Below are positions 23,030-35,092 of a DNA stretch of 64,000 nucleotides, in pieces. The DNA is from Azolla caroliniana (Eukaryota > Plantae > Polypodiophyta). Under the pieces are notes generated by a model that worked only from the letters and a program-made list of their open reading frames with translations, made no database searches and was not told the DNA's origin. The stretch is from NCBI GenBank assembly GCA_043228905.1, contig JBHGNT010000003.1, forward strand, positions 19,158,001 through 19,222,000, read 5' to 3'. The number at the start of each line of letters is the position of its first letter. Positions within the stretch are counted from its first letter, which is position 1. The translations under genes were made by a program, and so were the position numbers.

Positions 23030-25230
23030 TGTTGCGGATATCCGCGTGTACATGTCGGCTTGGGCGGAACCACAAGGTTTCAGAATAGGGAGACAGATGG
23101 TGGAGGTCTCGACCCTTTGGCTTTCCACTCGCGTCGGCTTCTGGTTGGATCGGTATATAGATCGATATCCCGTTCCGGATGGATCAACCTGGATCGGCCT
23201 CTGGCCGACGAAGATTCTGGGTTCGATAAGATGCCTAACCATGAACAAGGACCCAATTGATAAAAGGTGAAAACAGAGAAGAATATACAAAAATATTTTA
23301 TTTTTTTAAATGTTTTACAACGAATCAGTTTACATGCCTTGAATCCGGTGGCTATTACAAAACAATCAGCTAATGCAACAATGTTAGGAAATGGGAATCG
23401 GCAAAGGCGAGTCAAGTGGGCTCTCGGGACCGCGACATCCACCGTTGGTCACACCCCGAGGACGATGGAGTGTTCCTGTGCCCTTCCTTCTCGAACCGGC
23501 CGTCACGTTGTCGCAAAATCCCGCGCTTGCATGTCGGATCCGGGCGGGACCACCGGGACATGGACCAGGAGGGAAGGAGTTTCCAGAAGGCCGAATCGTC
23601 CGGAGCCAACTACGTTGCTGGCCGGATTGGTTCTAGATGGTATTCGGGGAAGACCGATCCAGACGATTCCGGAAGTGGCCCAGAAGCGGCCCAAACTCTT
23701 GAAGGAAGAGAGTGTGCGCATGCGTATCCACGCAGCCCTCCTGCCCGTATATACAAGGGCCTCAAAAGAAGCACGGGCCACGGCCCAGTTAACCATGCCT
23801 GCGCTCACGCACACACACATATACACACCAGCTACGATCGGCGCATTTGCACCAACTCACTACACATGCACCCACACTCAGATACCTAGACGCCTACGCT
23901 GCCTCTCGAGACACACGCACCCGCTCACGTATGCGGCGTTCGGTGCGACGCCGGTTCCACTCAGTCCGTAGCAACAACCTCTCGTCGCCAAGCCACTAGT
24001 TGGGAGCACACGAGCTCTTCGCACGAGTGGGGCTTGCACGACGGAGAGGAGGCCTCAACATAGGATCTTCGAACACACGTCTTGACCTAACCAATAGCAC
24101 CTCGGGACAACATGGACACACACACACACAGATGTAGTGTGGGAAGACAACATACACAGAGAGGAAGAAAGGAGTGAAGACAACCACACATCACCCGACA
24201 CAATGAATGCACGCACCTGCATAGCAAACAAACCCTAACAGAGAAACAAAAGCAAAGGAACAACCGGAAGACAAGAAGAAACAACCCTAGCTTCCTCTCC
24301 TTGACACAAGAAGTACACAAAGACGAGTAAGAACAGAATCCTATCAATAAGAAACAAAAATGGAACCAACAAGTGGGAGCCTATGGAACCTCAAAAATGA
24401 GACCCTTTTACAAGATACACTCCCTTCTTTTTATAGGACAAGGAGAGGGATGCGTAACAATGTGGGATAAATCCCGCTTTACATGGGATTCTCTGTCCTG
24501 AATTAATTATTGTTCGGCGCCATAAAGGCGCCCCTCCCCTATCTTAACACATTTTATACAAGGGTAAGTGCACATGATGCACTCCGCCGATGCCATTAAC
24601 TTCCCCGGGTTTCTCACTATGGTCATTAATCTTCACGACAACGCGAAACACTCACCATCGAGGGGAGGAAACCGAACAACCATGTGCCACAACCGGAATG
24701 CTGAAGAGCCACCATTGTAGAAACCCCAAGCCAAAACCAACCCCTCACACGAAAAAGAAGAAGAGAGTAACACCAAAACCCTAAACCACATAAACCCTAA
24801 CTCACATGAAGAAAACTGAAACCCTAAATCTCCCACGAACTCTGACAAGATGAAGAACCAAATGGAACACCTAACCTCCACTCAAGGCACGGAACCAAAC
24901 CCACAAGACGATAACAAAGAAGACCTAAAATGAAACCCTAAAATGAAACAGGGTAAAGAAGACCAAAGTTGAAACCCTAAGAAAATAAGAATAAGAAAAT
25001 TACCAAACCCTAGATCTAAGTGGTACGCCCTCCTAATTCAAAATGGGCAATCCCTTAACAAGAGACCCCTCCTTCCTTTTATAGTCCGAGGAAAGGATAT
25101 TACAATGTGGGACAAATATTCCCCTTTTTATTTTGTATACATTTTCGAATGTAAATGTGCACATGGTGCACATTGCCGACGTTGCCCATTCCACTCGATT
25201 TTCTCACCATAGCCGGCAATCTTCACGACA
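23030..25230 (-). mobile_element. Solo LTR (TGTCG lineage) inserted in the 3' LTR of X
   Basis: TGTTGCGG...CTTCACGACA. TSD ACAT/ACGT, and the uninterrupted LTR1 reads CCCAC-ACGT-ATAG at the equivalent site. Confidence 0.75.
23509..24640 (-). mobile_element. Solo LTR (TGTCG lineage) nested in the previous solo LTR
   Basis: TGTCGC...CTTCACGACA. Flanks ACGT/ACGC. Partly homologous to 1270-2008. Confidence 0.65.
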
Positions 25231-25917
25231 ACGTATAGAGAAGAATTAGAGGTATGATGTGAGAGAATCGAGGAGAGAATCTAAGTGAAACGCGGTTGTT
25301 TTTATAGCTGATGTAACGGTCTCACCAATCCTCGAGCTATAAAAGGAGGAGAGAGGATCCACGTTTTTGGAGAACGAAGTGATGCCGGACAGAGCTCCGC
25401 AGGCTTCCTTCCTATTCTCCATCTTCCGGTTTTCCCTATCGTTGTGTTGTGAGGCCTCCGTTTCGCGTTGGTAGCCTGTGTGCTCCCGATCAGAGGCTCA
25501 CGAGTGTCTGCGTGTGTGTGTTTGTAGCGAGCTCGAAGCTCTTTTGTCGGCCGTGTCCGGTTGTAATCTTTCCTGTTTTCTCTATTAATCGTTAGTTTGT
25601 TGAGTCTCTATGTGTGCTTTGGGCTTCCCCGTGTTCTTGTCTCTGATCTATTCCTGTCGTGTTGTGTATTCGAGCAATTGAGGCCGAGAGCTCATTGCTG
25701 CCAACCTGCATCTGGTCTAGAACAATACGCGTCTTTGAGCCCATGTGCTCACCATTCGCCATCCGAGAATCGATCCAGACCAAATACGCGACCAGTAACC
25801 GATCCGGCAAAGATATCCGAACAACCTTCCTACTCTTACTAGTTCCTTGGTCCGAGACCCACGTGGTCCCCCCCCCCCCCAGTTTCAACACATCCACACA
25901 AAAATCTGCGAGACCGT

Positions 25918-27410
25918 AGTTCTCGTCCAAGACAAGGCTCTGTCCTTAATAAAGGATATAGTGTAGGGTTTAGATTCCTGCATCTCAGAGGAAGAAGTAT
26001 TGACCTTCAAGGACCTGCCCGCGGAAGCATATGAGCTCGGTGCGATTTTACGGCATGATAGGGCATACAAGCTTATAGACTTTCTCGTTCGTCTCTAGGT
26101 TGCCGTCATAGCACACATGGCCGAAGAACATGCCGAGAAATAGATGGTCCAACGCGCTCTCACAGGAGAAGCTGAGTTGGACGACAAGCAGGCGTTACAG
26201 AAGATCCGTCAGAAGTTTCAAACCAAGAGTCGTTGTCTCCTCATTGAGCTACCCGAGCTTAACACGGCTCTAGTCAAAGCTTACCGAGAATTGGACAAGA
26301 CGACCCGCGCAACCAAGGATATGGCTCTCAATAACAAACATGCACAGAAATAGGCCAAGATGGCGGCGGAGCTATGGTAGGCTTCAGAAAGCCGAATAGT
26401 TTGAACAATGACTCCACGGAATTGGGCAAAATTGCTTCCGCAATAATGAATGACCAACTCATGATTCTCCAAAACGAGCACACGGAACTCCAAGACCACT
26501 TCAGTAGGCAACATCGAATGTTGCGGGAATTAAAGGAAGAAAAATACATACTGTCGGAGTCCCTCCACAAGCTATGGACCTCCGCACAATAAGATCGGGA
26601 ACGGTACCAACAAGAGCTAGAAGAGGAAAAGAATTGGATCCTCTGAAGGTACGAACAACATGCAGAATTAATGGAGACAAAGGTTGCCAGACTCAATACC
26701 TCATACCAACTCCGGATACCTCAGCTCGAACTCAACGCCAAAACTGCCAAAGAGGCAATGAACACTCTCCGGGCCAAGTATAAAATGGGCAAAGCACGGG
26801 TAAAGGCATTAGTTACAAAGCACCGACAAAAGCTGAATCTAAAGGTTGAAGAGGCACTAGCTCGGGGCAGGAAAGATTGGTCGACTCAAGCACCCAAATT
26901 ACAAGGCTTCCGAGCTGACACCGAAAATCGAAAAAAGGAGGGTTGTGGATTTTACAAAATGGACGAGAATAGCATTCAAATTCTCCACGAAGACCTCACT
27001 GAGGAATTCCAAGCTTTGGCGCGTACACACACCACGGCCATCGGAAACCTCCTTGAGGAATTCAACGATGATCAATTGTTGCTTTCTATTGAAACGGAAG
27101 GATATGAACATGAGCACCTCCAAGCCGAGAAGGAAGCCAAAACCGCGGCACAAGCATCAGCAGAAGTGTTGCCCGAAGGTGCAACACAAGCGCGGAAAGT
27201 AGACGATGTGGCGTGCCCTAACCAGGAGATCGAACCGGTGACTAAACAGGACATTGAGCCGAAGTAGGTAGAGGTGGCTCCAAAAGCTATGGTAGAGATT
27301 GTTGGCCAACAGAGTGGAAAACCAAGGGCTAAATCTTTCAGCCACACTCAAACCAAATGAGCCAAGACAAGAGGAGGGCCTTCGGGCTATTTTGGAAGAA
27401 GAATAGTGTA
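25918..27410 (+). pseudogene. 3' coiled-coil-like part of the G0 extra ORF
   Basis: In-frame continuation ...PEKT|VVLVQDKALSL..., then ORFs 26144-26353, 26374-26592 and 26671-27267 rich in E/K/Q/L/A, broken by TAG/TAA. Confidence 0.55.
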
Positions 27411-27526
27411 TAATAAAAAACAAATTCCAATTCTTTCATTACGGAAGGCAATAATTTCAATTTTTCGATTTCTTTGGTTGATTTTTGGATTCAACGTGGA
27501 AGGCACTGTCCCATGGGCATGCCAGG

Positions 27527-28122
27527 TGTTATCCGTGGGACGATAAGAGCAAGGTGTGAAACGGATCGTAAAAGTAAAAGGTGAAAGGGGACGAGTAGGT
27601 CAAGATAAAAGAAGTCAAGCACTAGCAACCGAGGGTAAAAGTAACCGAAATACAAGCAACCGAAAACATAGGCCGAGAATCAACATAGAGTAGTTGGAAC
27701 GCGCTGATAAAGGAAAGAGTTATATAAGGCGTGAAGGAGACAGAAAAAGGGGACAGGGGTATATCTAATTGTAACCAAAGTGACTAAAGCTAGAAAATCT
27801 AGATCTGGATATGAGAGAGTGAGTGATACCGACCTTACTCGGTTTTGTACTACCCTGATATTATCTATTCAATAATCAATTACTTATACGTTTTGGGTTA
27901 ACCTCTGTACCTGTCTCATTTAAATTTCATTTCCACTTGTGCTATCTGTTCTGTACATCGTGAGTACGGATCGGTTGTAGTCGATCCTCGGAGTTTCCAA
28001 CCCAAAAGGGTGTAACGTTTCGCCCCTGCTCAACCCTATCTTGGTCTCTTACGCGACCACAATTCCTTGACCCGATTACTCATGAGGAGTAATCGAAGGT
28101 GTTCCCCAGGAAGGCAGTAACA
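27527..28122 (+). repeat. LTR-like sequence, probably the 3' LTR of G0
   Basis: TGTTA...TAACA termini, TATATAAG at ~27721, follows the extra ORF. No TSD on both sides. Confidence 0.5.
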
Positions 28123-28239
28123 GTAGATAGGTAGAGGAGGCTAAGAAGTGTTGTAACAGGTGGATTTTACATACAATTATTATAATTGTGTGCTTTTATC
28201 ACACAAAGAGAGAGAGACACACACACACACATATTAACA

Positions 28240-31144
28240 CATGAACTAGAATAGGAGCAAAAGTAAATGCTCGCTTTAGGTTATCAAAAGCCTTGGCCAC
28301 ACTAGGACTCCATGTGAATGACTTGTTTTTCCATGTAAGCTTTGTGAGAGGCATGTCACAATGTTTGAATAATTGTTGATAAATTTGCAATAAAAATTTG
28401 CAAATCCCAAGAAACACTAAACGTCACACATTGAACAATGTGTCTGTGAGTTCATAATTGTTTGAGTCTTGGATGGATCCATAAATATACCTTGTTTTGA
28501 AACCACATACCCCAAAATTCTATGGGGTCACGATCAAAGTTACATTTCTGGAATTTGGCATAAATCCCATATTCCCGCAAGTGTTGCAGGACTTGGTGGA
28601 TGTGCAAGTAATCCTCCTCTTGAGTCTTGGAGAATATCAAGATGTCATCCAAATATACTATTGTGAATATGTCCAAGAATTCATAGATAATATAATTCTC
28701 CATGTGTTGAAAAACTACGAGGCCGAAAGGCATGACTGTGTATTCGAAGTGTCCGTATGAAGTATGAAATGTTGTCTTCCATTCATTGCCTAGACATATT
28801 TGAACAAGGTTATAAGCACCTTGAAGGTCTAGCTTCTTGCAATATTACGCTCCACTAAGCGTTCCAATAGACCCGATATCAAGCCTAGAGCATATTTGTT
28901 TCGAACCTTGATTTTGTTGAAATGTTGATAGTCCACAACCAATCATAAAGACTCATCTCTCTTCATGACAAAGAAGAAGGGTGCACCAACAAGGCTTTGA
29001 GAATCTCAAATGAGTCCATTTCCCAAGTGCTCATCTATATATTCTCGAAGGGCCTTGAGCTCGAAAGGTGATATATTATAGTTTAGCCCCCATGTTGGCT
29101 CTTTCCCCAGTTGTAGATCGATTGGACAATCATAAGAGTGATGCTCTATGAGAGTTCCAACTTTACTCTTGTTTAAGAAGACATCTTCAAATTTTTGGTA
29201 CTTAGTAGGGAGAAGAGCATCCGACTATTGTAGACTAGAGGATGAATTTATTATCATTGCAAATACAAACATTTCATTTTTATGTGCTTCTTCTCTTAAC
29301 CTTTGTAGAGATATGGTCGAGATTTGGTGAGGCCTTGAAGCTCAATTGGTAGAAACAAGGAAGTTGGATTCATGTTCTTGTTGGAAATTATTCACTACTC
29401 ACTTTCTCCAATCAATTTCAGGATTATGAAGTTCAAACCCAGGACAACCAAATGTTTAGGACTACTAATTATATTGAAGTAAATCACACAAGACAAGTTA
29501 CCAAGGACTATTCGAATTGGCTCAGATTCTTCAACTAAATCTTTGGATGCAATAGGGCGACCATCAATGACAGCAATAGTTGTAGGGCAAGGGAGGTTAC
29601 TCAACATGAATTTCTAGGCTAAAGTTCTATAAAACAAGAGTTGGCTCTTGAATCTAAGAGAGTAGAGGCAAGAATCTGATGACACCTAGAACTGTTAAGC
29701 TCAACATGTGCCAAAAAAACTCTACCAACATTATTTGATAAAATGGAACTAGTACTCAGGACAGACTTTACATATTCTTTGTTGTCCAACCAACCTCTAA
29801 CTTTGGTTGGACTTATTTGTTTAACATTTGATCACCATGTGTGCCGAACTACCACAATACAAACGTCGATGGTTTGCTTGATGTTGTTGCTTCTTAGCTT
29901 TAGACAAAGGCCCTCAACCACATGTTACTTTGATCTCCATCCGACTTGGGCCACCTGTTGGAATCATGTGTGATGTTTGGGCAGTGCTCAAAGGTATCGA
30001 GGCTACTATTGAATCATATGTTTGATCTATTCTTTGTCATGATATTGATTGATGCTCTAAACATCGCTCGTATATGTGGTCATTGTACCACACTTCACGA
30101 CTTATCACTTCTATAAGGGATCTTGGATCTTTATGAAAGGTTAACAAATCCTTTACATCAATGCGGAGTCCATAGTGGAATTAATCCATTAATGCATCTT
30201 CATCTCACGGAATGTCATAAGTTAAGAGGCAAAAACCTACAATGTAGGGTGAGGCAAGATTATCCCCTTGATACAGTCTTCGAATTTTGTTGATCGTCGT
30301 TCTAACACTATCGGTATCTCTAAATTTTTCCTTGAAATTCTTCGATGAAACCTTCAAAGTATTCAAGCAAAGGAGAATTCTTTTCTAGTAAAGATGCAAA
30401 CCACATTGATGTTGTTCTTGTCAAGAGAGTTCCAACTAGCCCAAGTTGAGTTGGATGGGTTTGATATTTGTTAAGATGCATATGAATTACTAGATGCACA
30501 TTATTTTAGAAATCCTAAAAACTATGACCGATTACCATCAAACTTCCAAGGCAAACAAAACTTCTGTTCTTTGGGAGAGCTTTGTTGTAGCTTGTTGATG
30601 AAGAGATTGGTACGTCGTTTCGAGTTGGTATACATGATGTCGTGAATTGTGATGTGGGAAATGAATAAGAGGAATTAAGTTAAACTATGAATATTAAAAA
30701 AGTTGTTCAATGATATATTGAGGTCTAGTAGGAAAGATATACTGTGACGTAGCTCATTGTTCGAGGGAAAAAGTTAGAGACACGGAAGCGTTGTTGAATT
30801 TTGAGGAGAGTGCTAGGGTTGAGACTTAAGAATGCGTGCGAGATCGACAACAACAAAAGGCAATGTGGTCATTGTTCATTTAGACATCATACCAAAACTC
30901 GAGGATATCCCCCTGAACCTTTACTCATGATCTTATGCATTACATTTACTCCTACCTTATTCATATCCTTCTTCTATCACTTGTTAACTCCATGTAACGG
31001 AGCCAAGAATTTTCTCTTTATACTTTCACTCTCTAAAACTTAATTTTGCTTACAAAATTTTAATATAATATTTATTTCTCTATTTTATGAAAATCCTTAC
31101 TTGAGTAATTGACACGAAGATTTCGCTATGACGATCACGTCACA
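28240..31144 (-). mobile_element. Degraded, 3'-truncated Ty3/Gypsy (chromovirus/Tcn1-like) element with 5' LTR
   Basis: RT MPFGL...VYLDDILIFSKTQEE (28452-28733), protease-like 29395-29670, gag-like ~30000-30600. LTR 30743-31144 with perfect TGTGACGT...ACGTCACA ends. Confidence 0.75.
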
Positions 31145-31383
31145 ATTTTTGTCTTGGAATTTCGAGCTTTGGACACAAAGTTACATGAATTTTGGTGAAA
31201 GCAGTGTAAAACAAGTCATTAAATCATCTTGTTGGGAAATTCATCACATCAATACGAAGCCTTCATCATGAGGTTCATGAAGAACGTTTTGGATCTAAAT
31301 TCCACCCACCATGCCGGCCAAAACCGGTGTGTTGGTGCCCAAGGAAGGGTGGGACCCACTTTTTGAAATTAAAAATAAGAAAA

Positions 31384-31469
<86 letters not shown>
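31384..31469. repeat. (TTA)n microsatellite followed by AT-rich low-complexity DNA
   Basis: Uninterrupted TTA run. Confidence 0.95.
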
Positions 31470-31470
<1 letters not shown>

Positions 31471-32033
31471 ATTAAAATACTAACATTTTATATTAGTAAT
31501 AGTAAAATAAAATAAGTGAATAAGCGTAGAATAATAATATGAAATTAACAATAATATTTAAATTAATTTTTTAATTAATTATAATATATATAATATAATT
31601 ACTAATTAATATAAATAATTTAATATATAACCATATAATAAATAATAAATAAATGATAATTAAGGACATGTATAAATTAACAATGGTTAAGTAACAGTAA
31701 TTGAATGAAAATAAATAAATAATAACTAATTAGTTAATTAAGTAAGAAAAATAAATAAAATAATTATAATAATAATAACAACAACAGAAACAATAATAAT
31801 AACCGCAAATAAATAACAATAGTAATAATTAAAAAACCTATCTCCATCATCAGCCAATATGGGACAAATACCCACACTCATCGACAAATATACACACATC
31901 ATCGACCTACAATTCAAAGCACTCACTAATTTGGACATTGACATCCCTGACTATCACATTTGGAAAACTCGAATCAACCCATCCTCTTCAGTTCATGTCC
32001 TCGATGTTTCGGCTTAGATTTCATATGCATGTC

Positions 32034-33081
32034 TGTAACTTCACAACAACACGTTGATAACTCCTCATATGGTTGTGCCTTTTCTATGGTTACTTATTGT
32101 AAATATCTAAGTAATCATTGATTTTCTTGCTCTAACACCACAAACGTATTTGTGAGATGCGTTGTCGTGTTGCCAATGGCACATGATGGTTAACCCTTCC
32201 AAACCAAATAATTTATAGGGGAAAGGAGGGAGGGAGGGAAAACGAAACACAATGTTGAGGGGTAACTTTTCTATTCCTTCCTTCTTTTCATGCCCCATGG
32301 GTGGGGTTTATATAGTGTGAAAGTGTTTTTAGAATTCAAGCCATTGAACATTATAAGAATATAAGGTATGGGGCATTCACATTTGGAGGCTAAGAACACG
32401 AACCAAGACCTTAAGAAGAAGTCAAAAGTAAAAATACAAGACACAGGGAAAAGTAAAAAGAGAAAAAGTGGGCCACCCAAAAACAGTCTAGTAAAGGGAA
32501 TGGTCATAACTCTTTTGTTTGTCACCCAAATATCATCTTTCTGTAACTTTTTAAATCTCTAAATTTGGAGCTCGGATGAGGGAGATATGATGATTAGATG
32601 GTCGTTGTGTTATAGCTAAAAATAGAAGATAAAAAGCTTCTAAAAAAGCGTGAAAAAATGAGGAAAGAGAAAGAATAAGAAGATACAAAGAGGGGGAGTC
32701 TTAGTAGAGGAGAGGTCTTAGAAGTGGGAAGAAGGAAGCATAGTCAAAGGAAGAAAGAGATTAAGGTAGAATAGTGAAAGACATTTGTAGGTTTGAGTGA
32801 TTGGAAGTAAGAAGTTCTTTGGTTTTTTGGTTCAATTTGGAGTTTATACTCTTTGTATTGACTTGATAGTGGAATATTATAACATTCTCATCTCTTTCTC
32901 ATCTTCTATACCTTTTGTCTTAATTTCTTGAGTCTCCCTCTCTAATTCGTAATTACCTTGATCTATAAAAACTATTATAATTCACAACTCCATCTAATCG
33001 GTTTGATCAAGCCCTCATATTGTGTACGACTATGATCTGTCTTATACACCCTATCATATAGTACAAAATCTGAGCGTTACA
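32034..33081. repeat. Possible old solo LTR
   Basis: TGTAAC...GTTACA termini and LTR-like composition. No recognisable TSD. Confidence 0.35.
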
Positions 33082-34209
33082 AGACAATACAAAAAGCCAA
33101 ATGGAGTTAGTTACACCTACTTACCCCACTCTCTCACATTTGTACACATGCACACAAAAAGCCAAATGTGAATGTGTACACACTCTTGCTCACACTCACA
33201 CATTACACATTTCATGTTTACACATTACACACCTTACACATTATACTCTTAACCCTCATGTACACCTATACAAGTAACAATAAATTGTGAATTATGAGTT
33301 ATAAATTAGTATTTCAATATATATATAATATATATTTTATTCAACAATAAGTTGTGGTCGATTGTTTTGAACAATCCTTTCGATCCTCCATCACCACTTG
33401 CAGATAGAGGTCTGTTGCTTGTCAACGCACGTGTAACGCGCACTTTGCGACAACGCCAACTCAAAGACAACTCAGACATACTCTTGCTTACTCAATGATT
33501 CTATGGAGTCGATAACACTTGGTAGGATTCTCATGGAAATGAAGATTCACCGATGGTTGGCATTAAACCGGAATAGCTCTACTAGTACAATATGCCATGT
33601 TTATATATTAGTAGCATGTGCCCTTTAGATATTTGTAGGGTCATGATACTCGTTGGAATATTGTAGGGTCATGACACCTAGCTCACAATATCAAAATTGC
33701 AATAATAATATTTCTATGTATGATATGAATAGTATAATGATTAAAGTGCTTTGCTTTTTCTTATAACATGAATAACTTAATGACTAAAGTTAAGTGTTCT
33801 CTCACTTAGGTTATGGGTTCGAGTCACCCCAAAGCTTATATCATTTTTTCTACTCATGACAATAGCTTATTCTCTCTATATTTTAGCTCTAAGACACACT
33901 TGCCTAGTGTCTTTATATCCCTAGTGCCTTTATATCCAAGGTATTCAATAGTTAGGTTATTGGGTTAAAGTCACCCCAAAGCTTATGATGTTTTTGTCTA
34001 CTCATGATAGTAGCTTATTCTGTCCGTGTTGTTTTCTCTCTAAGATATACAAGGTATTCAATTGTTGGGAGAGGGTCCTAGTATGTCTTGGTATTTTTCC
34101 TAGTACATCCTAGTATGTCACAAACAAATAGTTATATCTTGAGAACACATGCAATCATGGAGATATTAAGTCTTGGTTCCTCAAGAAATAACTTTAAATT
34201 TCAACACTT

Positions 34210-35092
34210 TGGTGACACCAGTGCTTCTCGATGGGGTGGTAGCATCTCTAAATCTACTTGGAAAGAGTTTTAAAATGTCCAAAAACATTTTCTTACAAAG
34301 TTTCTACAAGTTAAGAAACAAACGCCCTACCCCCTCCTTGACACAGGATCACTTCACATTCAGATCATGGACATGGAAAGGGTTGTTGAATACATGATTA
34401 AGGTTCAAAAAAAGGCCCGACATCAATATCCTAGAATTGCATGGGGAGCAAGCAAAAAAATCAAAAAGACGCTTAAAAGCAAATTTTGTGTTCTAGTTGG
34501 ATGCAGGTTATGGAAAAATCGTTGGGTAGATGGGATGAAACACACTTGCTTCATGATGCATCACTAGATTCCTCTATAAATGAGGCCTTTTTGCAATGTC
34601 AATGTATCATGACATGGGACAAATGTGGAGGCTCATGCTTCACACATTATACTACACAAGTTGCACCTAACTACAAAACCATATTTTTCGCAGAATGGGG
34701 AAACCATACACATCGATACATGTTAGAGCCCATCCCGTTATCTGCCATTCAAACCATTGCTTCTATTCGACTTAGCGCACATGCATTGCGATGTGAGACA
34801 AGGGGTTGGGGCACAAGTGATGAGAGTAGTCGACTATGCACGCTTTGCCTTAAACAAGTTTGAGAGTCTGAGTATCACACTTTGATACAATGCTTTGCCT
34901 TTGATCATATTCGACCTTGCACGAATTTCTCTCACAACCACAATGTACATCTCAATTGCAACATTCATTGTTAAAGTTCTTGAATATCGAGAGTCGCTAC
35001 TCACTTTCACGTGTATCACGTGAAATCTAGTATTTTTTGTCTTATAGGTCATATTTGACATCCGAAGACGATAATAGAATCTCTCTTTCTCT
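34210..35092 (+). mobile_element. 3' fragment of RTE-type LINE (copy 1)
   Basis: Near-duplicate of 36400-37345 (RLSAHALRCET..W, RLCTLC..QV.ESEYHTLIQC), ending in a TC-rich tail. Confidence 0.85.

Larger units (their letters stand above)
21574..25913 (+). mobile_element. Non-autonomous LTR element X (TRIM/LARD-like) of the TGTCG lineage, with nested solo LTRs in its 3' LTR
   Basis: LTR1 21574-~22355. LTR2 22863-23029 plus 25235-25913. TSD CCGT (21570-73 / 25914-17). PPT-like GGTGGGGGTGGA before 22863, homologous to that of B. Confidence 0.75.

Noticed and set aside
21847-23971. ORFs of 150-234 aa (21847-22407, 23267-23971)
   Set aside because: They lie within LTRs or cross insertion junctions and show no recognisable protein motifs.
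31305-31360. GC-rich hairpin as a Helitron 3' end
   Set aside because: There is no CTRR terminus at the appropriate distance and no other Helitron evidence.
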